Shown here: positions 40,904-52,646 of the stretch, piece by piece | Layout of the letters: the number at the start of each line of letters is the position of its first letter | How positions within the stretch are numbered: position 1 is the first letter of the stretch | Assembly (NCBI GenBank): GCA_951406725.2 | Contig: OX597822.1 | Coordinates: forward strand, 5,580,001-5,644,000 | From: Octopus vulgaris | Lineage: Eukaryota | DNA length: 64,000 nt | Direction: 5' to 3' | Position numbers and translations under genes: made by a program | Notes under the pieces: generated by a model | Seen by the model: the letters and a program-made list of their open reading frames with translations, nothing else | Told to the model about the DNA's origin: nothing | Databases searched by the model: none

Positions 40904-41273
40904 TGACACTGAGAGAAATGAAGAGTTGATACAGGGTTTAGAGCAAATGTCCCCAAACTTTTTAGACCATCGACTCCTTCATGGAATCCTTGTCCCTCAT
41001 CGACCCCCAAACATGTACAAGAAAATATATAAGAATTAAGGAGATGTGCATTTATCGACCACTTTGGAGACCCCTGCTTTAGAGTGAGAAGAGAGGGTGT
41101 TAAGGACAAGATTTAAAAGGTGCAATCGATGCAAAATTGCTCACATGAAGCTTCTCTACATAGTACCCGTTATCTTCTGTAGTCTTTTACTCGGGAAAGA
41201 CAGTGCCCATGTCCCGTTACAGCACTGCCAAGACAAGTGGGAGAGAGGAACGAAGGTATTCTCAAACTGGAAA
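40904..41273. repeat. Local duplication copy 2 (contains hAT MITE 40944-41076)
   Basis: As copy 1, with a deletion of about 19 bp. Confidence 0.92.
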
Positions 41274-41921
41274 ACCTAGACCGCTATATGCACCAAACGA
41301 GGATGGTGATGTTTAATTGGACAAGCGCAAAGAGCCGGAACCAATACAGCAGGGTATCCAGTCCAAGGTTCATACAGTTCCACCAATCCATCACTTTAAT
41401 TAGTATTTGAAAAAGAAGAAAGAAAAATGAATGTAAAATTGACCTCGGAAGGATATGAACGCAGGTTGCATATCCGGAACAAATAACTCGAAGCATTATG
41501 TCTAACATCTCTGTCAATTCCCTTTCACAGAGCCTAGCAAACCAACAGTATATACAAATATAATAGAAGTGGCATGGAGTCAGGTAAAATATAAATAACA
41601 TTTGCCATGCATGGCACTTAAAGAATCTTGCCAGAGTTTACCAGACGTCACCCACACAAACAGAACGTCGTTAGGATATTCAACAAATGCATTAGATATT
41701 ACTCTCCCGCATTATTTATAAGATTTCAATTTACGAATTAAGATAAAACCAAACGCATTTTACATAAAATCGGATTTTATAATTATTGCCGATTAACGAT
41801 CGTGTACCTTTCGTTTTGAGTCAGTTCAGTTCATTTCACTTTGTGTGCAATCTTATACGTACCAAGTTCGAAAGATCGCAAAATATCAACTGAGAGGTTT
41901 TAAGACAGCAATACAAAATAC

Positions 41922-42131
41922 GGCGATCTTTCGGTACAAGTACCATAACTGTCAATTATAAACCCACGTGGGTTTGTTTACATTTCTGAAGAAAAAAGAA
42001 ACCCTTTTCCCCTAACCTTAACCCTAACCCCACATATATATATAAAAAAAAAACTTTACGGAAAGTGACGATCTTCTTCAAATGTAAACAAACAGACTTG
42101 GCAGTTATGGTACTTGTACCGAAAGATCGCC
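41922..42131. mobile_element. MITE with GG-initiated TIRs and 8-bp TSD (Merlin-like)
   Basis: TIR GGCGATCTTTCGGTACAAGTACCATAACTG; TSD CAAAATAC at 41914-41921 and 42132-42139; internal CCTAACCTTAACCCTAACCC. Confidence 0.9.
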
Positions 42132-44429
42132 CAAAATACTAATGCTGTATGTGCATAAACATATTCTGAAACGTTAAGAAAACTTAATTCCAGCTATATT
42201 TTTCATTCTACTTTGAATCGATAACCTCAAGTACCGATTGTGTAGTACTGTTGAGATAATCGATTAATATACGATAACTGCAAAAAAGAAAGAAAGAAAG
42301 AATAGCCAGTGTCTGTAACGTTTGCTGACCCAGAGATTTTTGATAGTTTGGGGTGGGGTATACATAAGAGCATGAGCGTAGTAGTTCTGAAACTAAAGTT
42401 TTTAACTAAGAACGAACTGACACTGCTCACCAACGTTTTATTTATAAACTTTTTCTTTTTTTTTTTTTTTGAGATAATCATTAATGATGTTGAGTGTGGA
42501 TGCCCTTTGGAGATTTGGAATGTTGAACTTCAGAAAATTCGAAACTTAAAACCATGAGCTTTAGGCAAAAATGTCCTGAATGTAACAAGCTTTATTTGTG
42601 ATTAAACTACGATTTAGTAGAAGCATGAGCTAGGAAAAGACTACCAACGTAAGTGGTCCTGAGGCATTGTAGGAAGGAAGTAATCAAAAACTGAATACGA
42701 TGTTATCATTGCACAATAATGGGCACACAATGTGCTGAAGGGTCTGATAATCTAACAGGAAATGAACGTTTTAGTTTACGTACAAATGCGATGGAACAGC
42801 TAACAACAAGAGTGAATTTACAGAAAATAGACGGTAATAGACTGCTCTGATGGCTTGTTTTAAGTAAAAGACAACTGAAGTTAAATATATGATTTAATAG
42901 ACAGCCAAGATAAAGTTAGTAATAGCATTGTGGCTGGAAATCAGATGAGGCTTGTGTGAGAAATTACATTTACTATGGCAATGAAACTTGTGCATTGATA
43001 TGAAATTGTTTGTTGCAACTGGAAATGAACAAGTTGAATGTATAATCAAAAAAGACTGGTCGCTAATGACTTGATAAAAGTAGATGATCAGCGTCAAAAT
43101 AGGAGGTATAGACATTATAATTAGTGTGAAACAAGATTATATAGATTTGGAGATGTAACATGGACGGACGCAAAGTTTAAATACATTTCCACTACCCGTG
43201 AGAAATGAATAAAGAAAACGCAATGAGAGAAAAAGAGCGAATAAATAGCACACACACAATTACGTCTGTCCTTGAAGAACCAGTGTGAACCGTTTTCCAT
43301 TTATATATCATCGTTGTAGCAGCCTTTGAAATGCGCTAGGACCTTAAGATCTTTCCATTTCGATGTAATAAATTTTTTTGAGTCATACTTGTAAATTTCG
43401 GCCATTAGACATTTCTCCGCCCTAAGTTTCCCCATAGCTTGCAAGAGAAGGGATGAAGAAAATTTGGCTCAAGTTACAAACTGTTAATTAAGGATATTTG
43501 TCTCAACAGAAACGCGTCTTCACCCATTTTTTTCTTCTTAGAATTCACAATTGGTCGCAGGTACAAAAAGGAATTTCCCTGATTCGTTCTAGAATAGTCA
43601 GCACCAAATGATCCCCAAAATATTACCTAAATTGTCTGCCCCACTCTCCACAAATTTCACTACCGTACTGGACAAGTTTAAACCTTTTTTTATTATGCAT
43701 GACAACCCGTTCTCATTCCCTTTCAATTCTTAAAGCACCACTCGAGAGCGTGACGTGTCCTAAACATTGTAACAATAGATTTGTGTTTCATTATAATTAA
43801 TAATCATTAAAATGAGAATTAATAATCAACGCATTTGCTTGTCAACACAAGTGGCCTGTTACTCATGACAATGTAGATGCATACAAGTACATAGATTTGT
43901 TTTTTGTTCTAACCAAGACTTAATAACAAAAAAAAAAAAAAGTAAGAGAACACAATATATCTTTTCATTTAAGCAACGTAAGAGATTGACTGACAATACT
44001 CCGCAACTTTCATTTCTAAACATTTTTTCATTTGAGACATTAATGATGTTGGGTGCAGATGTCCTTTGGAACTTTGGAATGTTGAGCCTCAGAAAATTCG
44101 AAACTTAAAATCATCAGCTTCAGGCAAAACGCACAAAACTCGGATTTCGTGTCACTTATGTCTCAACCAGGATCCACATAGCTCTTGGGGGTCAATATAA
44201 GACTTCGTTAAATTTTTTCTGCAATAAATTGGTTATACTTCTACAATACGCAAAATGTTGGATCTTTTCGGTTCCAAGAACTCGTGGTCTTCGAACCTGG
44301 GTTCCCATTCCTACGGTATTTTTCGATGATATTATTGTTGTTGTTGTTATTATTAGTAGTAGTATTATGGGTATTAAGGAAGGATAGAAAAATATTAGAT
44401 TTATAATTCCTAAAATTCACTCCATAATT

Positions 44430-44570
44430 GCGAGTATATGGCGTAGTGGTTAAGAGCGCGGCCTACTAATCCCAAGATTCCGAGTCCGATTCCAAGCAGT
44501 GATAACATCGAAAAATACCCAGGGAGGACAAATATCCGTTTAAATGTAAATAATGTAAACAAAATATCTC
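44430..44570 (+). mobile_element. tRNA-headed SINE-like fragment sharing its tail with the 32 kb hammerhead element
   Basis: TGGCGTAGTGGTTAAGAGCG A box, degenerate GAGTCCGATTCC B box; tail GAGGACA...TGTAAATAATGTA as at 32051-32085. Confidence 0.6.
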
Positions 44571-45132
44571 AGTTACGTAAACATAATTGATTTAGTGGTA
44601 CCGGCCTTTTGAAGAAATCTAACCCGGGACTTATTCATTGTAAGCCTGGTGCTGTTTCTATCGGTCACTTCTGCCGAACCGCTAAGATATATATATACGA
44701 CGAGCTTCTTTCAGTTTCCGTCTACCAAGGCTTTAGAAGACACTATAAAGTATAAAGGTGAATTTCGTGTAGCCACCTGTTGGCAACTTTTCTCCCCCAC
44801 CCATTTTTCTGAGTTGCATTAATTTTTGTATGAAGAAAAAAAGGAAGGGGGCTTGTTTGTAGAGAAAAGCATTAAACGTGCCTAGAAAAAACACATGGTC
44901 TTTTCCCCCGACTAAAAGACATAAAGAACTATCAAACAAGGCGAATAAGTACTGGGGGTGGGGGAAAGAAGAGAGAACTAATACTCAATCCTTCTAGAAC
45001 TCCCAGAATGAAAACCCAAACATCTTCATTATTAAGGAGCTAGAAAAAAATCGATCGTGTTTCAGTCTAATTGTCATTTTAAATGACTGAGGCTTTCCGT
45101 TCCTTGTCGTTTCACTCTTGTTCTCTACGGTC

Positions 45133-45405
45133 AAGGTGCGTGACTCAGTTGTAAGGGCTATTCGGCCCACGATCGTAAGGTTAGAAGTACGATTCCCAGC
45201 GGCGCACTGTATTCTTGAGCAAGGCACTCTATTTCACCTTGCTGCTGTCTACTCAACTGGCAAAAATGAGCAGTGCCCGTATTTCAAAGGGGCCAGCCTT
45301 GTCACATTCTGTGTGAGGCTTGTCACATTCTGTGTGAGAACTACGTTAATGGTATGCATGTCTGTGGAGTACTCAACCACTTGCACATTAATTTTATCCT
45401 CGTGT
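45133..45405 (+). mobile_element. Old tRNA SINE with Ceph-like body
   Basis: GTATTTCAAAGGGGCCAGCCTTGTCACA and GTGGAGTACTCAACCACTTGCACATTAATTT shared with 17571-17932. Confidence 0.7.
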
Positions 45406-45458
45406 GGTAATAAAAAGTGGAAGTGACATCCAATATTTGCTGTAGTTATTTGTCTTCG

Positions 45459-45800
45459 ATTTAACAATGTGTCTATGTATCTACTTTTCTTTCAATGCGT
45501 TTATCAATCTATTTTGAAAATACTGATAAACATTTAAAAACAAAATAAAGAACGCCACCTTCCTTTCAGTCATCACTCATTGTTTTTCTCACTCTCTATC
45601 TTACTTCCTCTCTGTCCCTCCTCTCTCCCGCTTTTAATTTAACAATGTGTTTATATATCTATGTATGTTTGTATCTACTTTTCTTTCGATGTATGCATCA
45701 GTCTACTCTGAAAATACTGATAAACACTTAAAAACAATAAAAGGAACGCCACCTTTCTTTCAGTCACCACTCACTGTCTGTCTCTTTTCCTCTCTCTCGC
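45459..45800. repeat. Diverged tandem duplication, unit about 178 bp
   Basis: ATTTAACAATGTGT...GAAAATACTGATAAACA..TAAAAACAA...GAACGCCACCTT at 45459 and 45637. Confidence 0.85.
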
Positions 45801-46194
45801 TTTGCCATTCACTTCAACTATACTTCCTCTGCTTAACACCTTTTATTTCTCTTTTTCTTTGTACCTCTCCTTTCAACCTTTTTATTTCTTCCTTTGGAGT
45901 AAGTGTGACACACACCACAGGTACGTACGTAAAAAAAAAACAGAAGTTGGCATATTAATATTTAGGATGTTCAGTTCCAGCAATTCAGAGAGGAGTAGCT
46001 TAGTTGTTGCATTCTACTTCGGTACTTGGCTGGGGGGGGGGGGTTTAAGCCCCAGAAAGCCCAAGAAGGATGAAAGCTAATCCCGGTAAGCTTTGAACTC
46101 AGAATATGAAGAACATAAGAAGAAATACAACACGATATTTGTTCTGATGCTCTAAAGATTCTGTCAAATCCTTATGCAACACGAGTGTTACTTT

Positions 46195-46545
46195 CAGTGG
46201 TTCTCACCCCGAGCCCATATAGTCCTTGGGTGTCCATACGAGATTTGGGGGAAGGGGTCCACGCAAGCAAAACAGTAAATTGAGGATCCACAATAATATT
46301 TTAAGGGTCTTTGAAAAATGTTTGCTTTAGATGTATGTAATGGTATGTATTGCAAAAGGGTTCCTTTCTCCAACGTCTTACACAGTTCAACCTACACAAG
46401 TTAATGTATGATAAGCAAAATAAGAATTTTTGAAAGAAGTTTCTATAAAACTAGTTTTTAAACAGTGAATGGCTATGGAGGTCCACTAGCATAAAATAGT
46501 AATCAAAGGGGTCCATAGATAAAAAAAATGGGTGGAAACCCCCTG
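46195..46545. mobile_element. hAT-type MITE
   Basis: CAGTGGTTCTCAC / GGTGGAAACCCCCTG termini, GGGGTCCA subterminal motifs; TSD not recognisable. Confidence 0.65.
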
Positions 46546-47232
46546 CTCTAAATGTTTGAAGCCGTTCGTCAAATTGGCGACAAGTTTTTTTTGTTTGATT
46601 TTTTTTTTAAATAAAAGGAGCGCAAGGACGACTTCAGTCACCGCAAGTTTCGAGTAAGAGTAACCTTCTTTCATGTGCATTTATAGATATATACATCGAA
46701 ATAATACAAACATTCATATAGACACTGACTGTTGACCCTCTTGAGTTTAGACGCCCTTTGACAGATCATTTTTTCCCCAAAAGTCCAAATCACCATATAT
46801 CAGACACATGCTGTGAGTAATTACTCAGGGTAGGCAGTTGGCGACGTTTATGTAGTAAAAGATACAACAAAATAAGTGAAACACAGGCACGCAACTGAGT
46901 TGGAGGCAGATTTACTTTATGCCGTTATAGCACGTAAAGAAAACGCTGTTGTAGGAATGTATGCAGCACATGTACTACATCAGTACTATCCGTGGTTTTG
47001 ATACAGAGATTGGAAGGCTGAGGCGAATTGTGCCTCCCCAATCAACAAAAAAAATAATAAAATACTTTGCATTTTATGCGTAATAATCAAAGTAACCTTC
47101 ATAATTTTATTAAATTAGGTGCATATTTTGCCATAAAAGGAAAATGCTACAATCGATCTATATCATTCAGGGCAGGCACTGCGTACCTTGCCTACCCATG
47201 TCCCCGATATATATATATATACGTACATATAT

Positions 47233-47278
<46 letters not shown>

Positions 47279-47613
47279 TAATAAATAAAATATATGCATA
47301 CATACATACATGTACGTACCTACATCTACATGTATATATACATGCATATATAAATATATATACGTGAGTACAGGACACCACAAATAGACGTAGAACTCAA
47401 CGAGAAACGAAAACGTAAAAACAAACGTGGAAACGGACCTAAACGAAAGAAACAGAGTACAAGACAAACTACACAAGGAAAATCCCCTTCATCAGCTGTC
47501 CCTAGTTCAACTCCAGCGTGTTTCGAATATATATATATATATATATATATATACTGCTACTACTACTAAAACTCTGTGATTGCTTACTTGCGTGCTTGTC
47601 TGCAATTTAATAC

Positions 47614-47878
47614 AGCCAAACTGGCGCATAATTGGAAAATACTCTGAAAGTAAGGTGCGCCTGAAATGGGAAAACAAACGGAATAAGACAAGTTTCACGT
47701 AAATCGGACCCAGGATACGCTGTTTTTTCGGGTACCTCTATAAATAGCCAGAACGGCGCATAATAGGAGAAATGATTTGAAAGTAAGACACCATTGAAAT
47801 GTGAATACTAATGAAACAAAACAAGTTTCATGTAAATCGGACCACCGGTTCGCTAGATACGCAGTTTTCCGGGTACCT
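47614..47878. repeat. Diverged tandem repeat, unit about 132 bp
   Basis: GGCGCATAAT...TGAAAGTAAG...CAAGTTTCA(C/T)GTAAATCGGACC...GATACGC...CGGGTACCT twice. Confidence 0.8.
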
Positions 47879-48294
47879 TGAACTATTGGTGACCAAATGA
47901 ATCACGGGTAGTCTGGAATTATTTATGTGGGAGAAAAAAAAAAGCATGCTAAAAGATTCAATGCAGACAAAAACTTGTCTCACAACATTTATGAAGGTAA
48001 CAAACATGATAATAAACCAGTCAAGAGTTTATTATCAGATTTGAAGAGGGTAGCGAATGGAAGCAAAGGTAGAAATAAAATTTTAAAATTCTAATCACAA
48101 TGAATGAATTACTAGTAAAAAAAAATCTGAAGCAGAAAAATATATGAAGGTACGCAGGTCTCACCCGTTCAGTAATGAAAAACGAACAGCATTCTGGCAG
48201 AAAATTCTCAGCAACTATCTTCAATTGTCGGGAAGATATTTATTTAGACAAGTTTTTTTTTTTAAAGTGCCCGTTCCCTCTTGCACAATATTTC

Positions 48295-48711
48295 GGATCT
48301 TTTCGGTTTGAACGGCAGTTTTTTCTAGCGGTGTCATATGAAATTGCCACCCATAATTATGACCCTAGAAGCGATCTATTGCATTTCAATCTCTTTTAGG
48401 GTTAGGGTTAGGGGTGGGGGAAGGATATATTTTTTTCTTCACAAATGTAAATAAACCCAATCTGTTTCTTAAACGAGGGACATATTCATACGGCACAGAA
48501 TGCTTTTTAACTCAAGAGACGTCACTGATTGGTTGAAATTGCAGAAATTGAAGAAAAAAAAACAACAAATATCTTACAAACTATAGAATTTTCTTAATAA
48601 AGCCAAGAGAAAAAGATGTTTTATAAACATATTCTACCAATATACGAAGTTTACAATTTTTTAGTTACCTAGAAATTATGTTAAAAACTGCCGTTCAAAC
48701 CGAAAAGATCC
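48295..48711. mobile_element. MITE with GG-initiated TIRs and 8-bp TSD (Merlin-like)
   Basis: TIR GGATCTTTTCGGTTTGAACGGCAGTTTTT; TSD A(A/C)TATTTC; internal TTAGGGTTAGGGTTAGGG. Confidence 0.88.
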
Positions 48712-49006
48712 ACTATTTCTAGCCGTTATGAATTCAATGTGTTTAAATTTTCAGAATGAATTTTGCATAAACTTTGTCTGTACCAACAATTTATTTCATC
48801 AAGTTAAATTGTTATTTTGTCGAAAAGATTTGTCTAAGTTCCTCTATTGCTGTGACGTTGTTACATCTGTTACGATGTGACAAGCGAGTTTCCTTTCCCA
48901 CGATCGGGTGTCACTCCGTTCTTGCCTTGAATCTGAGAGTTCCTCTCCTCTAAATTCAGCTATTGTAGGTACATCCACATGGCTTTTCTACTATATATAT
49001 ATTTAC

Positions 49007-49049
<43 letters not shown>

Positions 49050-50572
49050 GCATTAATAAGTCAAGTAGGATTGATATGCAACATACCTATTATTTTAGCG
49101 CTACATGTACATATTTTTATTGTGATTTAAACCGAATAATCACGTGATTAGTGCTACTGAACATAATTACCAATTTTGATGAGAGGAACTAAGTTATTCA
49201 AATCAAAACCACTGAAGATAAACGACCGTTTGCTACTACGACTTAACTTGGATAAACATTTTATTTTAAGACTTCGTTGTCGGACTTGAATGCTTGCCAG
49301 GTTCATAACAGAGAAATACATAGTCTACCGTAATCTTAGAATATCTCTAACAAGACGTGATGGTTCACTTCTTGAGTACCCTTCAGTGAAATAGGTTCGT
49401 TCGATCAGGTTTCGTTTAGTGGCAATCGAATTAGTTTTTGTCGGTAGTCCAAACACGCCATCTCTGAAACCTTTAATAAAGTAACACAGAAGGTCGCTGT
49501 AAGGATAATAATATTAATAATAATAAAAGAACAGCGGTAGTAAAAATATTTCAAAATATTCTTCTCGATGGATTTAGTTCTTGATGGTTGTTTAGTCGTA
49601 GTGCTGCCCCTGACGGAATTATAAAATGCTTGGAGGTTTCTTATCATCCAGCTCTTTTGCGTACCCAACACCCGAATCAATATGATCGGGCATAACATTA
49701 TTAAATATAACTTTCCTCAATTAAGATCATTGTGACTTGAAGGAAATTTGGTCGCTGTTTGTAGCAGATCGAGCAACCGCTTCGAACAGTGAAACTCAAC
49801 CTGAGGTCCGTGAGCTGAGCTCAGAATTTTAAAATACGGTAGTATAAAGTGTATAATTAATCTATTACATATGATTATTCATTTAATATATCTTTCAGAT
49901 GAGAAATAAACTAGGAAAACTAATTAGTTTAATAAGATCGGCTTATTGAGTAGAAAGACATTTTAAACGCCAGAAAATTCATTAAAAAAAAGTTGATCGT
50001 CCCTGGTAGAGCATAAGTTAAGGAACCACGGACAAAAGGTCTCTATTCCTTAGTTTCACTTGTTCTTTGATACATACATATTTCCAAACATGACCACTCC
50101 GTCCTTCTTTTGAGCATTGCATATCTAGAACTACAATATTTCCCTTTCCAGAGAGGATATATTTTGAGGGAGATTTTAGCTGCTACTTATAGTAGGTCGA
50201 ACGACAACGAAAATGCATTCCCGTTAGCACATAACAAATCACATTGGCACAAAGAATTTTGTGGTGGATGGGTAAAATTGATTATATCGACCCCACCACT
50301 TTATTTTATCAACTCCAGCGGTAACAGAACTCAGAACGTGAAGAACCAAAACCAAATATATACTGCAAGGTTTATATATATATGTGTGTGTGTGTGTGTG
50401 TGACACTCTAATGCTTCTGCCAATCTGACACACCCTTTCATGTTATTTACTAAAGGACACATTCGTAAACAGATCTGAATAAATACACATGCATAAATCG
50501 TTTCTCTACATTCACCCATGACTTGACTTTGCCAGATGACTGGCAAACTGGTCACCGACTGATGTATGTATG

Positions 50573-50617
<45 letters not shown>

Positions 50618-52613
50618 GTTTCATTTCCTAGAGTCAAAGAAATCTCTGCGGACACAAGTGATTTACTAAGAAATGAAATATTAAAACCCTTGGCTATTTC
50701 TTTGCCTCATCTATGGCAAATAATGTGATCACACTCTGTTCAATACAATTTACCCAAACTATCTCGCAAACAAGCAACCTGCCAACTACCGTCGGTTAGA
50801 GAAGCAGAAAGTGGGTATGGGTTCTCTGAGAATGGAAATAGATTCGTTGCAAAGTATTATATATTGAATGGATGGTACGAGAAATATTGAAACAACAGAT
50901 GGGAGGAAAAAGAGACTGTGAGAATGAGACAAATTGTGGTAGAGAGAGAGATGGATAGACAACAACGAAGAAGGAAGAAACAGCTAGACAATGAGACCAA
51001 GAGAGATGGAGAGATCGGGGGAAGAGGATGATAGAGAGACCGATCAGAAAGGGAACCCGACCGACCGAGAGATAGAGACCGCCCCGCCCGTCCGCCCCAC
51101 TAAATGAAGACGAAAACAAAAAGAATGCAAATGAAGCGGGAGAAATGCAGAGAAAACATGAAGAAACAAAAAAGAATGATGGAAAGAAAAAATAAATAAG
51201 AAAACTGTGCAAGTCAGAGATCGATTTGAAATCGATGCAAAAAGAAGGCAACGAGGCCGTGTTGCTCTAAATGCAATGTTTATAAACTGTATCTCATCAT
51301 TGTCGTCATTTCAACAAACCAAGAGGGAGATAGTGGTAACATCTGCTAACCATTGTATCTAGTAGTAATAATAAAGAGTCGTAGTAACAGTAATAAAAAT
51401 TGATTTAATTGCTACAAAAGGCACCAAAATTAAACACTAGATAGATTACGATGGGAGTCACTATGTTGTTACTAGACTAGCTAGAAACAGTAGCAAAACC
51501 CAACTCAAATTTATACCCCACTTTCCTTCGTCTTAGAAAAGGGAAAGCACATTGAACAAAGTAAGTATCACATATTCCAATGGTAAAATGGTCTGGAAAT
51601 CTTTGGTCTGAGTTATGGCAGCCAGGAGTGATGAAGTGGGGTTATTTATCTATACTTTTCTTTTCCCCAGCGGACGTTTTATATTGGAGGGAAACTTTTC
51701 TCTATTTTATTATTCCTTTTGGTTGCCTCAAGGATTTTTCCTACAGTTGATATAATTATATAACATTTGAGCTACCTTTCCTTGTATTACCAAAATAATT
51801 ATCATTATTGAATTATACGTTCCTTACACAGCATCCATATATACTAAAAAAAAAAACCTTAATCATAGGTTTGCTCAATTAGGGCTGACCTGAGAACTAA
51901 CCAATAACTAATTCGATAGCTTTAATCGCCACAGACACCGAAAATAAACATTAGACATGGAGCTCAGTTATTGAATAGAAATTGGAAATTCTGACGTCCA
52001 ATAGCTAATATACGTGGAGTTATTCCTATGCGGAATCGAAACCGGGACTCAATCTTTGTTAACCGATGACTATAACCTCTGTGCTAACCATGGTAATACT
52101 CTCCACAGTGCTATTGTTGTTTGACTGGGCTCAAAGCTAATTCTGCAAGGCAAAAGGTACGTTTTCGAGAGAACAAACCAAATAAATTAGTACTACTTTA
52201 GTAATGCCCTATTATTCTATTGACTGGGAAAGATGAGAGGATAAGCCGAACTGAATGAAAGTTGAACACATGAAAAAAGTCACCAAGTTACATAGCAAAA
52301 ATTGTTTTTAAACTCAACATTTAGTTCTGATCTCTGACCCCTGTATCATCTACAGAGAAAGAAGCAAGATATATTAGAGAGTTAAAATAAACTTGAGAGC
52401 ATAGGAAGAGCATAGATCCGAATGAGAAGCGAAACCGTATGGTAGAATCGGTTCGCCAAACTTAAACTTTACTACTCTGAGGCAGAAGCAAAACGATTTT
52501 TAACAAAACACACGTTAATTTTTCTTAATGGGGGTGGAAGTTGATATAAATCGATTCATTAAATTAGTATTTACTTGTTTAGCCCCAGGTCAAGCTTAAT
52601 CAAACAAATCTAT

Positions 52614-52646
<33 letters not shown>

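Noticed and set aside
42011-42030. CTAACCCTAA-like telomerase RNA template or telomere
   Set aside because: Lies inside a TSD-flanked MITE; only about 3 units
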